This document shows, piece by piece, positions 6,666 through 19,469 of a stretch of 64,000 nucleotides of DNA (the first letter of the stretch is position 1; the number at the start of each line of letters is the position of its first letter). The notes under the pieces are model-generated. The model made no database searches and had not been told where the DNA came from. It was given only the letters and a program-made list of their open reading frames with translations. Where the stretch lies: assembly GCA_004431415.1 (NCBI GenBank), contig QPMI01000579.1, positions 1 through 64,000 of the forward strand, read 5' to 3'. The position numbers and the translations under genes were made by a program. This DNA is from Cyanophora paradoxa CCMP329. Taxonomy: Eukaryota; Plantae; Glaucophyta.

Positions 6666-9600
6666 ATGGAGGGATGTAACGGAGCGGGGCGGACCGACGG
6701 CGGGTCGCACGTCGCCTTTGAGGTGCCGCCCCTACGTCCTCCGCGCGGCCGCATGAACCGTTTCAGGCCCCGCTGCGCTGCGCCCCGCTGAGGGCGCTGG
6801 GCCCAGGGCCTCGGCTACACGGTCGCGGCGCCGGCTCGGAGCGTGCGCGATCGGCTCCGGCCGCTGCTGCCGGCCGCGCTCCGCGGCAGCGCCTCCGGGG
6901 TACCGGTGGTCGCGGAGGGGCGGCGGGTGCTGGGCGGGGCGAGCGGGGAGGTGCGGGCGGGGACGGTGACGGCGGTGCTGGGCGGGAGCGGCTCGGGCAA
7001 GACGACGCTGCTGAGCATCCTCGCCGCGCGCCTCGCCGGCTTCGAGGGCTCCCTCCTCGTCGACGGCCGGCCCCTCCGCACCGCCCGCGCCCGCACCGCC
7101 TACGCCCGCGCCGTCGCATTCGTACCCCAGGCGCGCTCCGAGCTCGAGCCCGCCGCCCGCCCCCCCGCCCTACCCTCGGGATCGACCTCCTTTGCCCGGC
7201 GCAGGAGGAGGCGTTCGTGGGGCTGCTGACGGTGCGGGAGACGCTCGCCTTCCGCGCCGCGATGGCCCTGCCCCGCCTCCACCCCGCCCAGCGCGCCGCC
7301 CGCGTGCGCTCCCGGCCCTGGCCCCGGCCCGCAGCCGCCATATGCATGCGTGCCCCCCACCGGGCCCCCGCGAGCGTGACGCGGCGCGGGCGGGCGGGGC
7401 GGGGGCAGGTGGAGGCGCTGCTCGCGGACCTCGACCTGACGGCGTGCGGCGGTCGGCGCGTGGCGGCCGTCAGCGGCGGCGAGCGCCGCCGCCTCTCCAT
7501 CGCCTGCCAGCTCGTCAAGGCGCCCCGTGCGCCCCGCCTGCCCGATCCCACCTGATCCGATCCCGCCCTGCCCTCGTCTCTCCCGGCCCCCTTCGACCCC
7601 CCCGCAGGGGTACTCCTCGCGGACGAGCCCACGACGGGCCTCGACTCGCTCAACGCTTTCTACGTGCTCCAGGTGCCCCTGCACCGATCCGTGTACCCCC
7701 TCCCTCCTCACGGGGCGGGGGCAGCTGCTGCGGCGGGTGGCGGAGGGCCGGGGGACGGCGGTGGCTGCGGCCGTCCACCAGCCCTCGCGCGAGATCTTCG
7801 AGCTCTTCGACCAGGTACCCCCGCCCCGGTGACGAACGATTCCTCCCCCTCGCCCTGGCTCACTACCCCCCTTCTACACCTCCCCCCCTTCCCCTTCTTT
7901 TTCCAGGTCCTCCTCCTTTCCAGCGGACGCATGGTACCTTCCTTTTCCCCGAACCCCCCGTCTCTCCTTTCGGCTCATGTACCCCCTTCTTAGGTGTACT
8001 GCGGTCCCCGTGCGGAGTTCGTCCCGCGTTTCGAGGCCGCCGGCTACCCCTGTCCCAAGTGCCCTTCCCTTTCTCTTCCCCTACCCCCGTTCCCCCCGCC
8101 AATCCGCGGGCCCCGCAGGCACGCGAATCCCGCCGACTTTTACGTCGACGTCACCGCCGTCGATTCCCGTACCCCCGCCGCGGCCGCCGCTTCCTCGAGA
8201 GTGCGTGTACCCCCCTTCGCCTCCCAACCTCTTCGCCCCGCTGCCTCTCACCGAGGCCGGGCCGCCCACCGCAGCGCCTCGGCCGCATCATCGGAGCGGT
8301 GCGAGCGGCGGCGGCGGCGGCGGCGGAGTCGGAGGGGGCGCAGTGCGGGGCGGGAGCGCGGCCGCGCATGGGGCCGGCGCTGCGCGCGCTCCTTCCGGGC
8401 TCGACGAACGACGAGGGCGAGGCGAACGGGGGCGGGGGGGAGGCCGAGGGGCCGGCCCCCCGCGCCGACCGCGGGGCCCCGCTCTCTCGCTCTGCGTCGC
8501 GGGCGCCGTTCCTGGGAGCCCCCTCGGACCCCTCGGGCCCCGACGGAAAGGACGAAGGGAGCGAACGGTGCGCCCGCCACCTTCCCCCCCGTGCTCCCGC
8601 CCGGGCTGAGCGCGGGAGGCGGGCGGGGAGTAGGGGGCGGGTGTCGTACGGGGGGGCGCTGAGGCTGCTGGTGGGGCGCCACTGGGCCGTCACCCGCCGC
8701 GAGGTCCCCAACTCCGTCATGCGCATCGGCCAGGCACCCGCCCCCGCCCCGCCCCCGCCCCTGGGGCCTTGGGTGCGACGCGCTGGGGGCGGCAGTTCGC
8801 GGCGTTCGCGTCGATCAGCTGGGCCTACATCATCTCCCTCGGCTACTCCCAGGCCCGGCCCCCGGCCTATCCCCGCCGGCCCTCGCGGGTCCGGCCACTG
8901 ACCGGCGCGGCAGGCGAGCGTGACGACGCGGGCGGGGCTGATCTACCGCGTCCTCACCAACGGCGCCCTCACCGCGATGTGTACGCCCGCCCGGCACGCG
9001 CCGCCCCCGCCGGCCCGCCGAGGCCCCCGCGCTGCAGCGACGGCGGTGGCGTGCTTCCCGCCGGCCCGCGACGTCTTCTTCGCCGAGCGCCGTGAGCGCC
9101 TCTACCCCCCCTCCGCCTTCATCGTCCAGTACACCCTCTCCGAGTTCCCGGCCCGCCGGCCCCCGCCCCCGCGCCGCCCCGCCCTGCCGCCGGCCCCCGG
9201 CTGAGGCGGGGCGCGCGGGGGCAGGTGATCCTCGGGGGCGCTACGGCGATCTGGGGGGTGCTCTACTGGGCCACGGGGATGAAGGCCGAGGCGCACGCCG
9301 CCGCCGTCTTCTTCCTCGCCCTCCTCGCCTCCTGCTCCTGGGGCGAGTCGGTCCGTCCTCCCGGGCCCCGTGGCCCCTGCTTCTGGGGCCAGTCGGGCAC
9401 CGGGGCGGCGGGGCGGCGGCAGGTGGCGCTCCTGGTGATGAGCGGGGTGCGGAGCGGGGTGCTGGCCGGCGGCATCGCCTCCCTTCTCGTCATCCTCTTC
9501 TCCACCGTCCGCCCTCGGCCCCGCCCCCGCGCCCCGCCCCCCTCCGCAGCGCTCCCGCCTCTCACATCGGCCCCCGCCGACGTGCGCGGCAGACGTCGTT

Positions 9601-10224
9601 CGCGGTGTTCGGGGCGCGGACGGCGGGGGAGGCGGCGGCGGCGAGCGCGCCCTTCTACCGCGCCCTGAACCGCGCCGCCCCGCTCCAGTGGTTCTTCAAG
9701 GTGCCCCGCCCCCGTGCTGCCCCATCGCCGGCCGGGCGCGGCCGTGGGGCCGGCGCGCCTCTCCCTCGCCCCGCCCTCACGCGCCCTCCGCCTCGGGGCA
9801 GCCGCTGGTGGAGAACGAGTTCAGGGGCCTCCGGTTCGAGGCGATGCTGGCGAACGAGTTCGAGGGGCAGACGTACCCCTGCCCCGCGGGCCTCCCCTGC
9901 CCCTACCCGGTCCGCTCCCCCCCGACCCTGCGGCCTGCAGCGTTCGGCCCGGCCCCTCACGGGCGCCCGGTGGCATGCAGGACGGGGCGGCTGTGCTGGC
10001 GCGGATGAGCTTCGCGGGGGCCTCCGTCGGGGGCCCCGCCGCCTGCCTCGCCGTCCTCGCCCTCGCCTTCCGGCGCGCCCCCCCCCCCCCGCTCTTCCTT
10101 CCCGTGTTGACGCGGCGGCTCGCGCAGGGTCGTCGGCTACTTCGCGATGCGCCTCTCCTTCGCGGCGGAGAGCGGGCGCCCCCTCCGCATCCCCCGTCTC
10201 CGCCGCTGGGCCCCGAGCCCCTGA
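6666..10224 (+). CDS. ABCG (White-type) half transporter, multi-exon
   Basis: Walker A GGSGSGKTT, AFVPQ|EEAFVGLLTVRETL, signature VSGGERRRLSIA, LLADEPTTGLDS, VHQPSREIFELFD and NPADFY, then C-terminal TM helices with FFAERRERLY. Confidence 0.9.
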
Positions 10225-11585
10225 TCATGATCATGATCATGATGGATCGCTGAGCCGAGAAAATTCACTTCTTAGTTTTTTATTCAAGTGGCCTATAGCT
10301 AGAAACACACAGTGTCGATCCTAATTCTGCGATAATTGCCAAGCTTTTAAGTTATGATTATATATCATAATATGACGCCTGTTGATTATTAGTACTAGTA
10401 TTGTTTTCCTATCTTTTCACCTGTACATGTAACTCGTAACTTGTAAGCCGTGCCGCAGTGCGATCGCGAGTATCGCCGAGAGAGTCGTACGCTGGAAATT
10501 TAAATTAGCCCTGGTTCTGCCCTCGCGGGCGGGTCACTTTGCGTGTACCCCCCCGCCCCCGCCGAGGCCCCTCGAGGTCGCGGAGGAGCCCGGCGTCGGA
10601 GGCGGCGTCGGAGCTCACGGAGGCGACGGAGATCACGGAGGCGACGGGGACCACGGAGGTAACGGCGACGACGGAGACGCTGGCCTCGTCCGCCCAGTCC
10701 GACGTCAGCGTGTAGCCGTCGGGCCCGAACCGGATCAAGCACCCGCCCGTCGACGTCGCTCAGGATAGCATTTGGAGACGATCTGGTGCAAAAAACGCCG
10801 TTCGTATAAATGAGGCAGTACCACACGCTCGACAACGGGGGCCGCCCTTTCCGGGTCAAGGGTGCGGAGGTGGCGGCGCGGGTGCAGGCGGCTCGAGTGC
10901 AGGCTGTGCGGCGATACCCTGGACGCCCGGGAGCCCGAGGAGACCCTGTGGCTGATCCCGCGTACCCCCTTTCGCCCGCGCGGATGGGTACGGGCGGCGG
11001 TCGACTCCGAAAGGGCGGCGATGTAGCGGGTGGTGCTTGCGAGCCTAATCCCGCTCGAATGTCGGCGGCGGCACGTGGTCAGGCAGGGGGTGCGATTGAA
11101 TGGCCCTTGCCCTAGAAAATATGGGCCGCCTCGGCGCAGGCAGGCAAGACATTTTCAAAAGTTTTTAGTCGACGTCTCGGGTTCGGTCCGACGGTCTCTG
11201 GTCGGCGGTGGCCATGGATGATGACGGAAAACTGCACTGCGGCAAGTTCCGAAGCCCTTGAAGTTCAGCTGATCATGATCATCGCGATCGGATCGTGCGC
11301 ATGCCATGGTGACGCATGACATGTCGACACCGCGCGCGGCCAGGCCCTGAGGGGTCGTCCAGGGTCGCCAGCTGCACGCAGGTCGCAGGACCCCGAGCAG
11401 CGGAGCCTCGGAGCTCCCGGCCCCTCCTGATGAGCATGAAAGAAGGCGGTTCGGGTGGTTTGGTAACACTAGAAATTGCTTGCACACAAAGGCGACGAGC
11501 GCATTGGCCCCCCTAGTTCCACTAGGCTATGAATAGCTGCACGCAACATAAACAGGGTCCTGCCTAGTTCTGAGTGCGCAGGCGC

Positions 11586-14500
11586 CTACTCGCGCGAGGC
11601 GCGCGGAGAGCGGGACGAGTGCGGCGAGTCGCGCCGGCTGGGGGGTTTGGAGCCGCGGCCACGGCCGCCGGCGAAGGCGTCGTCGGAGGAGTCGGCCACG
11701 TCGCCGAGTAGCGGCGCCTTGACGCCGGCCACCTGCCCGGGGCGCCGCTCAGCGGGCCCCGCGAGGAGCGCGGGGCGGGGGCGCAGTGGCGGCGGACCTT
11801 GCCGGTGAGGGCGGTGGCGTGGGCGGCGATGCCGGGGCCGATCTCGCGGTTCGAGCCCGACGGGCTGCGCGGGAGCGTCTCCAGCGGGGCGACGGTGCGG
11901 GGCGAGGGCCCGTTGGCGCCGGAGCCGGCGGGGGCGCGGGGGGCGGGGGCCGAGTTGGAGAGGGCGCGGAGGAGCTCCTCGCGGGCGGCGGCGACCTCGG
12001 CGAGGCCGTCCTGGCCGCCCCCGCCCGAGACCGTCGGCGTCACGTGCCCCGCCTCCGACTGGCGCCGCCCCCGCGTCAGCTCCTCCAGCGAGCGGCGGAT
12101 CTCCTGCTGCTTCTGGACGACGGGCTTGGGGCCGGCCGGCCCCGGCGGCGGGCGCTGCTCCGGGATGTGGATGGTGCGCAGGAGGAGGCCCCAGGGGATG
12201 GAGCCGAAGCCGATGGCGATGCAGATGCCCCAGAGGGGCAGGGTGAGGTGGATGGTGTCGAACCACGTCCCCATCAGCTCGATGATGATCACCTGGAAGC
12301 CGATGGTGATGGCGATGATGAAGAGGAAGAGCCAGTTGGTGAAGAGGCCCTGCAGGATGTTGAACTCGCGCCCCAGCTTCCGGCAGTTGAACTCGTTGAA
12401 GAGCTGCCGCGAGCCGCCCGGGGGCGGGGCGCCTCAGAGGGGGCTCAAGGGGGGCAGGGGGACGCCCCCGCGGCGCGGGGCGGGGCGCGGGCGGACCTGG
12501 CAGAAGACGAAGGTGTTGAAGAGGACGGTGTTGACGAGGGCCGAGGGGATGTACTCCTGGTCGAGGCGGTTGCGGTAAAGGTCGCGGTACGTCCCGTCGA
12601 TCTCCGCCTTGAAGAAGGACTGGCCCTTGTAGAGGAGCGTGAAGATGACCGTCAGCTGGTACACGCTGTGCCCGATGATGTTCTTCCACATGTTGTAGTT
12701 GATGAGCGAGTCGTCGCGGCCGTAGGGCTCGCGCTCGAGGAGGGCGCGGGTGGGGCGCTCGGTGCCGAGGGCGAGGGCGCCCATCGTGTCCATGATCATG
12801 TTGACCCAGAGGAGCTGGATCGGCTTGAGGGGCCGGCCCATGCCCGTCACCGCCGACACGAAGGCCACGACGAGGGCGACGACGTTGACGGTGAGCTGGA
12901 ACTGCACGAACTTGCGGATGTTCTCGTACACGCAGCGGCCCCACATCACCGCGTTGACGATCGACGTGAAGTTGTCGTCCATGAGCACGATGTCCGAGGC
13001 CTCCTTGGCGACCTCGGTGCCGGAGATGCCCATGCTGAGCCCGACGTCGGCCTCCTTGAGCGCCGGCGCGTCGTTCGTGCCGTCGCCCGTCACGGCGACG
13101 ACCTCGCCGAGGAAGCGGAGGCGCTTGACGAGCTTGTACTTGTCCGTGGGGGTGGCGCGGGCGAGGACCTGCAGGCGGGGCAGCAGCGCGTCGAGCTGCT
13201 CGTCCGAGAGGCGCCGGAACTCGGCGCCCTCGAGCACGACGCCGTCGTCGTGGTAGATCCCGCACTCCCGCGCGATGTGCATCGCCGTCTGCTCGCCCCC
13301 GCGCCCCGGTCAGACGAGCACCGGGCGGGGCCTGGGCGGGGGCGGGGGCGGGGGCGGGCCTTCTTGTTGTCGCCGGTGACCATGCGGACGAAGATGCCGG
13401 CGGAGCGGCACTCGGCGACGGCGGCGGGGACCTCCTGCCGCACCGGGTCCTTGATGCCGACCAGCGCCACGAACGTCATCTCCTCCTCCGGCGCCTCCTT
13501 CTCCCACGCCGCCGCCGCCCGCCCGCTCACGCCCTGCAGGTCCCGGTACGCCAGCACCAGCGTCCGCAGGCCTGCGCCGCCCGCTCAGGCCCGGCGAGGC
13601 GCCGGCTGCGGCGGGGCGGGGCGGGGGCACCGCTGGAGGCCATGCTGTCGATGGAGGCGTTGATGGAGTCGCGCAGGCGGTCGGAGAGGGCGCCGACGGA
13701 GCCGTCGGCGTTGACGGCCGAGGTGCAGAGCTCGAGCACCGCCTCCGAGGCGCCCTTCGTCAGCAGGCGGAACTGGTTGCGGCCCTTCTCCACGATCACG
13801 CTCATCCGCTTCTTCTCCGACGAGAAGGCGTACAGGTGCCTGCCCGAGGCGTCGCGCCGCCGCGGGTGAGCGCCGGGGGCGCGGGCGGGGGGCACGGAGC
13901 GGGGCGGGGCGGCGCACTCGATCTTGGCGCTCTTGCGGGCGGCCTCGTAGTCGCCGCCGTACTTCTCGAGGAGGACGAGGAGGGCGCACTCGGTCTTGTT
14001 GCCCACGAACTCGGTGACGCCGTTGTCCTTGCGGGAGAGGTAGGCGTTGGAGTTGACGGCGGCGCCCTCGTTGAAGGCGTCGAGCACGGGCTGCGGCAGC
14101 TCCCGCTTCTCGGGCACGCTGTCGTACTGGCGGCCCCCGACGAACATCTTCACCACCGTCATCCGGTTCTCCGTTAGCGTCCCCGTCTTGTCCGAGCAGA
14201 TGTCTGCCGCCCGCCGCGCCGCGCCCCGTCGGCCGGCGTGCTCGGGCTCGGGCTGGGGCGGGGCGGGGGCGGGCGGGGGCGCACTGGTGGCGCCGCCCAT
14301 GGTCTCGCAGGCCTCGAGGTGGCGGACGAGGTTGTTGTCGGCGAGCATGCGGCGCATCGAGTAGGCGAGCGAGATCGTCACCGCCAGCGGCAGGCCCTCC
14401 GGCACCGCCACCACGATGATCGTCACCTGCCCGGCCCCCGTCGGCCCGCCGCGGAGGCCAGCCGGCGCGGTGGCGGGACGGGGCGGGCGCGGGGGGCGGG

Positions 14501-16068
14501 GCGCACTCCCATGATGAAGAAGTCGAGGAGGGCGGTCAGCTGAGACCACTTGAAGCCGTTCGGGCAGCCCGCTGCGCCGCGCGCGCCCCGTCGGCCCGGG
14601 GCGAGAGGGGCGGGGGGCGGAGGGGCGAGGGGGCGGGCGCACCGACGCGCCACGCCCAGATGCTGGTGAGGGCGACGAACGTGAGGACGGCCGCGCCGGC
14701 CCCGATCTTGCCAATCAGTGCGGGGCGAGTCAGGGGCCGCGGCGGGGCGGGGGCGGGGCGGGGGCGTATTTGTGGCGGCGTGGTCGAGTTTCTTCTGGAG
14801 GGGCGTCTCGTCGGTCTCGGCGTCGGAGAGCTTGGCGAGGGTCATGCCCCACTCCGTGCGCGCGCCCACTTGCGTCACCAGCATCGTCCCCTGGCCCGAC
14901 GTGACCTGCCGGCCGGGCGCCGCGAGGAGGAGCGTCGGCGAGGGGAGGCGGCGGGGAGGGGATGGCCGGGGCCCTCGGGGACCTGGCAGCCGGCGAGGAG
15001 GAAGGGGTGCTCGACGCTCTTGGGGACGGAGTCGGACTCCCCGGTGATCGCCGACTCGTCCGTCTCGAGGTCTGCCGCGCCGCGTCGGGCCGGCGCGGGG
15101 CGGGCCGGGCGGGGGGGCGGGGGCGGGGCGGGCTGGCGCACTGTGGCCGTCGACGAAGACGCCGTCGGCGGGCACGTGGTCGCCCGTGAAGAGGCTCACG
15201 ATGTCGCCCACGAGGACGTCGTAGATCGAGATCTCGTGGCGCGCCCCGCCCCGCACCACCTTGATCACCCGGTTGTTCTTCACCGCGTTCAGGCTGCGGA
15301 ACTGCTTCTCCTTGCTGTAGTTGTTCGCCGCCGTCACGAACGCGACGACCAGGACAGCGACGAGGATGGAGGAGCCCTCCGCCCAGCCGGGGATTCCGGA
15401 GTACGTCGGCTCGTAGAACGTGTTCTTCGCCGTGTCGCACGGGTTTATCGACGGGTCCGTGCGCTCCGCGAAGACGCCTAGGATCAGCGACGCACACGCC
15501 GCGCAGAACAGGATGATGACCGTCGTGTCCTGCCCGCGGTCAGCGCAGTGCGCGATGCGCGCGTTAGCGCATACGCACTCTGCACGCGTCGATCAAAAGG
15601 GAAAAGAAGCTCTTCATCGGCGGCTCCGGATACACGTTCTTGCCGTAACTGAAGACGGGGCGGTCAAGGAAGGCGGCGCAGATGGGAACCCGGAGCCGGT
15701 GCCCTCACGCAAAGCAGCGCAAGCAGAAAGAAAAGGATACGCTCGTTCCCGAGCCTGATAGTTGTCCTCCGCCTCCTCCTTGCTGATGCCATTGTCAACG
15801 TCCGTGCACAGCGACTTCGCGAGGCCGGAAGGGCCTCCGAAGGACTCCACTGTCGCGGCATCTTTGTGCTCTGCAAGCTTGTGCAACTGCGATGGCGGTG
15901 TGAGGGGTCAACGGCGATTCGCACGTCGGCGAGCTAGCAGGCAACCGCGGCACTCCCGATAGATGAAATAACGAGCGAAAAGGGTATAGCGACGCAGCGA
16001 ACCTCGTCTACTGTCAGAGTGAATCGCGGACCGCGGATGCCCAGCTCCAGGTCCTTAGAGGGCGGCAT
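11586..16068 (-). CDS. P-type Ca2+-ATPase (P2B/PMCA-ACA type), multi-exon
   Basis: [57 protein letters not shown] and [10 protein letters not shown]. Confidence 0.95.
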
Positions 16069-16376
16069 GGCTGCGTGGCGTCTGCGCGAGGCACTGGCGG
16101 TTAGCTCCTGTACACCTTACCGGAGAGAAAGCTCTGAAAAACGCGTGGGGTTCGGCCGCACCTCGGAGACGCGCCCTCCCACGCACCAAACCCTGCAGCC
16201 GAGCTGCCTTGGCGATTTGTCTCTAAGGTCTTCTACGTGCGCGCTGGCACGGTCAGCTAGGCGCTTGTGCGAAAAGGGTGGCCCGGAGCGACTGAGGTAC
16301 CAAGCCCCAGCGTGCCCGTACCCCGGCCAAAAAGCCATCCCTCCTTCCTGTGCTGGTTTTGGGAGCGACCGTCGCG

Positions 16377-17175
16377 ATGCCCAACGTGCTGGCTGAGCTC
16401 TCAGCCAAGAAGTGCGCCGCGTCCCGTGCCCAGGGGCAGCGTGCCTTTCGACTTTGCTCCCCGAGCCGCCGCCGGCCCAGCCGAGGCGCTGCTCGGTTGT
16501 TTCTAGCCCCAGCAACACGAAGCAAAACGAAACTAGCGCTCCCGCTGTCCACGCCGCGCTTAGCTAAGCTGGTCTTTCTCTGACCCGGCGCGCGCGCAGT
16601 GCGAAGGAGAAGAAGGACACGCTGGAGCTGCATCTGGCGAGCCTGAGGCTGGAGGCGACGCCGGACCTGTCGGAGCTGCCGAATCTCGAGACGCTGTACC
16701 TGAACAACAACAGGCTGCAGGCGGCGGATGGCCTGGAGGGGAACTTCCGCCTGAAGCGGCTCTACCTGCACGAGAACGCCCTCACGACGCTGCGGGGCTC
16801 GCTCCCCTCGCTCCGCTTCCTGGAGACCCTCACGCTCTACAACAACGACCTGCGGGCGCGCCGCCCCGCGCCGCCCCGCCTGGGCTCCTCGCCGCTGACC
16901 GACGAGGGGCGGCAGGACCTGAAGGAGCAGCTGAGGCACCTCGAGGGGCTCGCCTTCCTGCGCTCGCTGGACCTCTTCGGGAACCCGCTGGCGCAGGAGG
17001 ACAACTACCGCTCCTACGTCGTCCACCGCATGCCGCAGCTCCAGACCCTCGACCGCCACGCCGTCACGGACGCCGAGCGCCGCCGCGCCAAGCAGATCTT
17101 CGAGTCCAGCCCGGGGCGCTCCCGCCCCGTCGCCTTCGGCAAGACCGTCGCCGTCTACGAGAAGGCGCGTCGCGT

Positions 17176-17209
<34 letters not shown>

Positions 17210-17788
17210 CGCGCCTGAGACGGCGCGCCCCGCCGCAGTCGAAGAAGATCGGCTTCAACGAGCCGAGCGACCTGGAGCGGGAGCTCCAGAGGCACGCGGG
17301 GCGCATCCGGGTGCGCCCCGCTCCGCCCCAGGGCGCCCCGGGGCCCCCGCCTGACGGCGCGCGCAGCAACAGGCCGAGGAGCGGGAGCGCGAGGCCGTGG
17401 CGGACCTCTACAGGAGGGCCCAGGAGGCGCGTCCCCCCCCCCCCCCCACCGCCCCCACCGCCCCGCGGCCGCCCCGCCCGCCCTCCGCTGACGGAGGGGG
17501 CCCCCGCAGGAGGCGCACACGATCCCGCCGAGCGACCGGGCGCCCCTGCCCAAGGGCATCGACTTCCTCAGCCGGCGGCAGAAGGAGCTGGAGGCGCAGC
17601 GTGCGGTCGAGCAGCAGCGGGCCGACGCCCAGCGCAGCGGGCGCGGCGACCAGCTGCGCGTGTGGGAGTACGAGAAGTCGGACCCCGCGGCCTCCCTGCG
17701 CGCCTCCCGCACGAAGGACTACACGGGGTCGTTCGTGCCTCAGACCACCCTCATCGCCTCCATGAGCGTCCGGACCCGCCCCGTCTAG
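16377..17788 (+). CDS. Leucine-rich repeat protein (LRRC72-like, U2A'/SDS22-type LRR cap)
   Basis: LETLYLNNNRL, LKRLYLHENAL and LRSLDLFGNPLAQEDNYRSYVVHRMPQLQTLDRHAVT. Confidence 0.8.
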
Positions 17789-17859
17789 CGGCGCTGTCGC
17801 TGCACTGTCGGATCTAGTGTAAATTTATTCCGCTTCGCGAGGCTAGCCGCCGGCGGGGG

Positions 17860-19200
17860 CTACACGAAGGGGCCGGCGGGCCCGCGGTACGGGGAGGCGA
17901 GGGGGAAGTCGACGGAGGGCCGCCCGCCGATAACGAAGCCGCCGCCGACGCGCGCGTCGGGCGTGCCGGCCATGTACCCCGGCGCGGGGTGCCGCGGGTG
18001 GGCCGGCGAGTCGAACGGCCCCGCCTGGCGGTACGTCGGCGGGCTCGGCGGCATGAGGGGCGGCCCGCCGTAGGGCATCGGCGGCATCCCGCCCTGGAAG
18101 GGCGCGCCGTGCCCGTGGGGCGGGGGCGTCATGATCGCCTGGTGCGCATACGGCTCGTGCATATAGGGGGGAGGCGGCCCGGGGCGATGTACCCCCTCGG
18201 GGGACCGGCCCCGCGGCGGCGTGTGATCGCCGTCTGCTGGGCGGGGCGGGGTGAGGGCGGGGTGCAGGGAACGAAAGAAACCGGGAAGCGCGCACGGAAG
18301 CCGTGGAAGTCGTGGTGGGGCGGGGGCGTGGGGTAGCCCCCCTCGGAGAGCTTCTCGCGGACGACGCGGGCGGCCCGCGCGGCGCCCTGCACGGGCCCCG
18401 CGTTGAAGGACGACTGCGCGGGGCGGGCCGCCAGCCCCGACGAGACGGACGAGTACTTCTGCGGGGGGCCCGGGGCGTCGGGGTCGCGAGGACGGCGAGA
18501 GAGCGACGGGGTCGCGGCGAGGGGTACGCGCGCACGTCGGAGATCGAGAGGCTGAGCCCCTCGTCCTCGAGGTCGGCCTTGCGGGGGGTACGGTCCCCGA
18601 TGTTCGTGATGCTGCCGACGAGGTCCCACAGCCTCGAGACCGGCTGCGCCCGGATCGCCCCGTAGCAGTTCCAAGGCCAGCAGACGCCGTCCTCTTCCCC
18701 CGCCTCCCCGTCCGCCCCCGCGTCCGACGGCAGCTGCGCGACGCGCGGCACAGCGAGGCGCGCCGCCGGCGGCTCCCTGCGCCGCGGAGCTCGGGAGGCG
18801 GGCGGGGCGGCGCCAGCGAGGGGGGCGAGCCACGCCGCGGACGGACCCGACGGTGACGAAGACTTCAGAATTCTCAGTGAAGTCCGAGACGTCGTTGAGC
18901 TCCACGGGAAAGCCGCGCGGGCTATAGACGAACAACCTCGCGTTGGGCCAGTTCTGGATCCAGTTCGTGTAGTTCAGCTTCGTCAACACCGCTTGCTGGA
19001 CTGCGCGAGCACTGGCGTGAGGCCCTGCAGCTACGCGCGGCGCTAGCGAATCCGCCCTCTGCCTTGGGACGGACCTTCAGGCCAGCTCCGTCCTCGAAAA
19101 TCGCTCAAATGGGCGAAGCGACCCCCGTTGTCTGCGCAGCGCAGGAGGTTTGAGGCTCAATGAGACCGGAAACGACACGTAAAGGCCGCGCGGGGCGCGC
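17860..19200 (-). CDS. Hypothetical protein with a small N-terminal ubiquitin/DCX-like domain and a Pro-rich tail; start unresolved
   Basis: Spliced exons VQQAVLTKLNY...ARLFVYSPRGFPVELNDVSDFTENSEVFVTVG; Pro/Gly-rich last exon ending at 17860. Confidence 0.45.
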
Positions 19201-19469
19201 TGGTGGCAGTCCGTTTGGGATATGCTAGCGCTCGAACCGCAGCGGAGAGCTAGATGTAGCGGAGAGCTAGTGAGATCGCGATTCATGTTAGCTAACAACA
19301 TCGCATGCGGCGGCGACTCGCCCCAGCGGCCCGACACTTGCAGAGGCAAGGGGACGCGGAAGGTGACGGACTTGGCGCACCGATGTCAATCGAACCTCCC
19401 CGCTGCAGAAACAGCATCAAGCGCCCCGAAGAGGCCGCCATCGCAGCCGGAGGCAAGGGTACACGCGAA

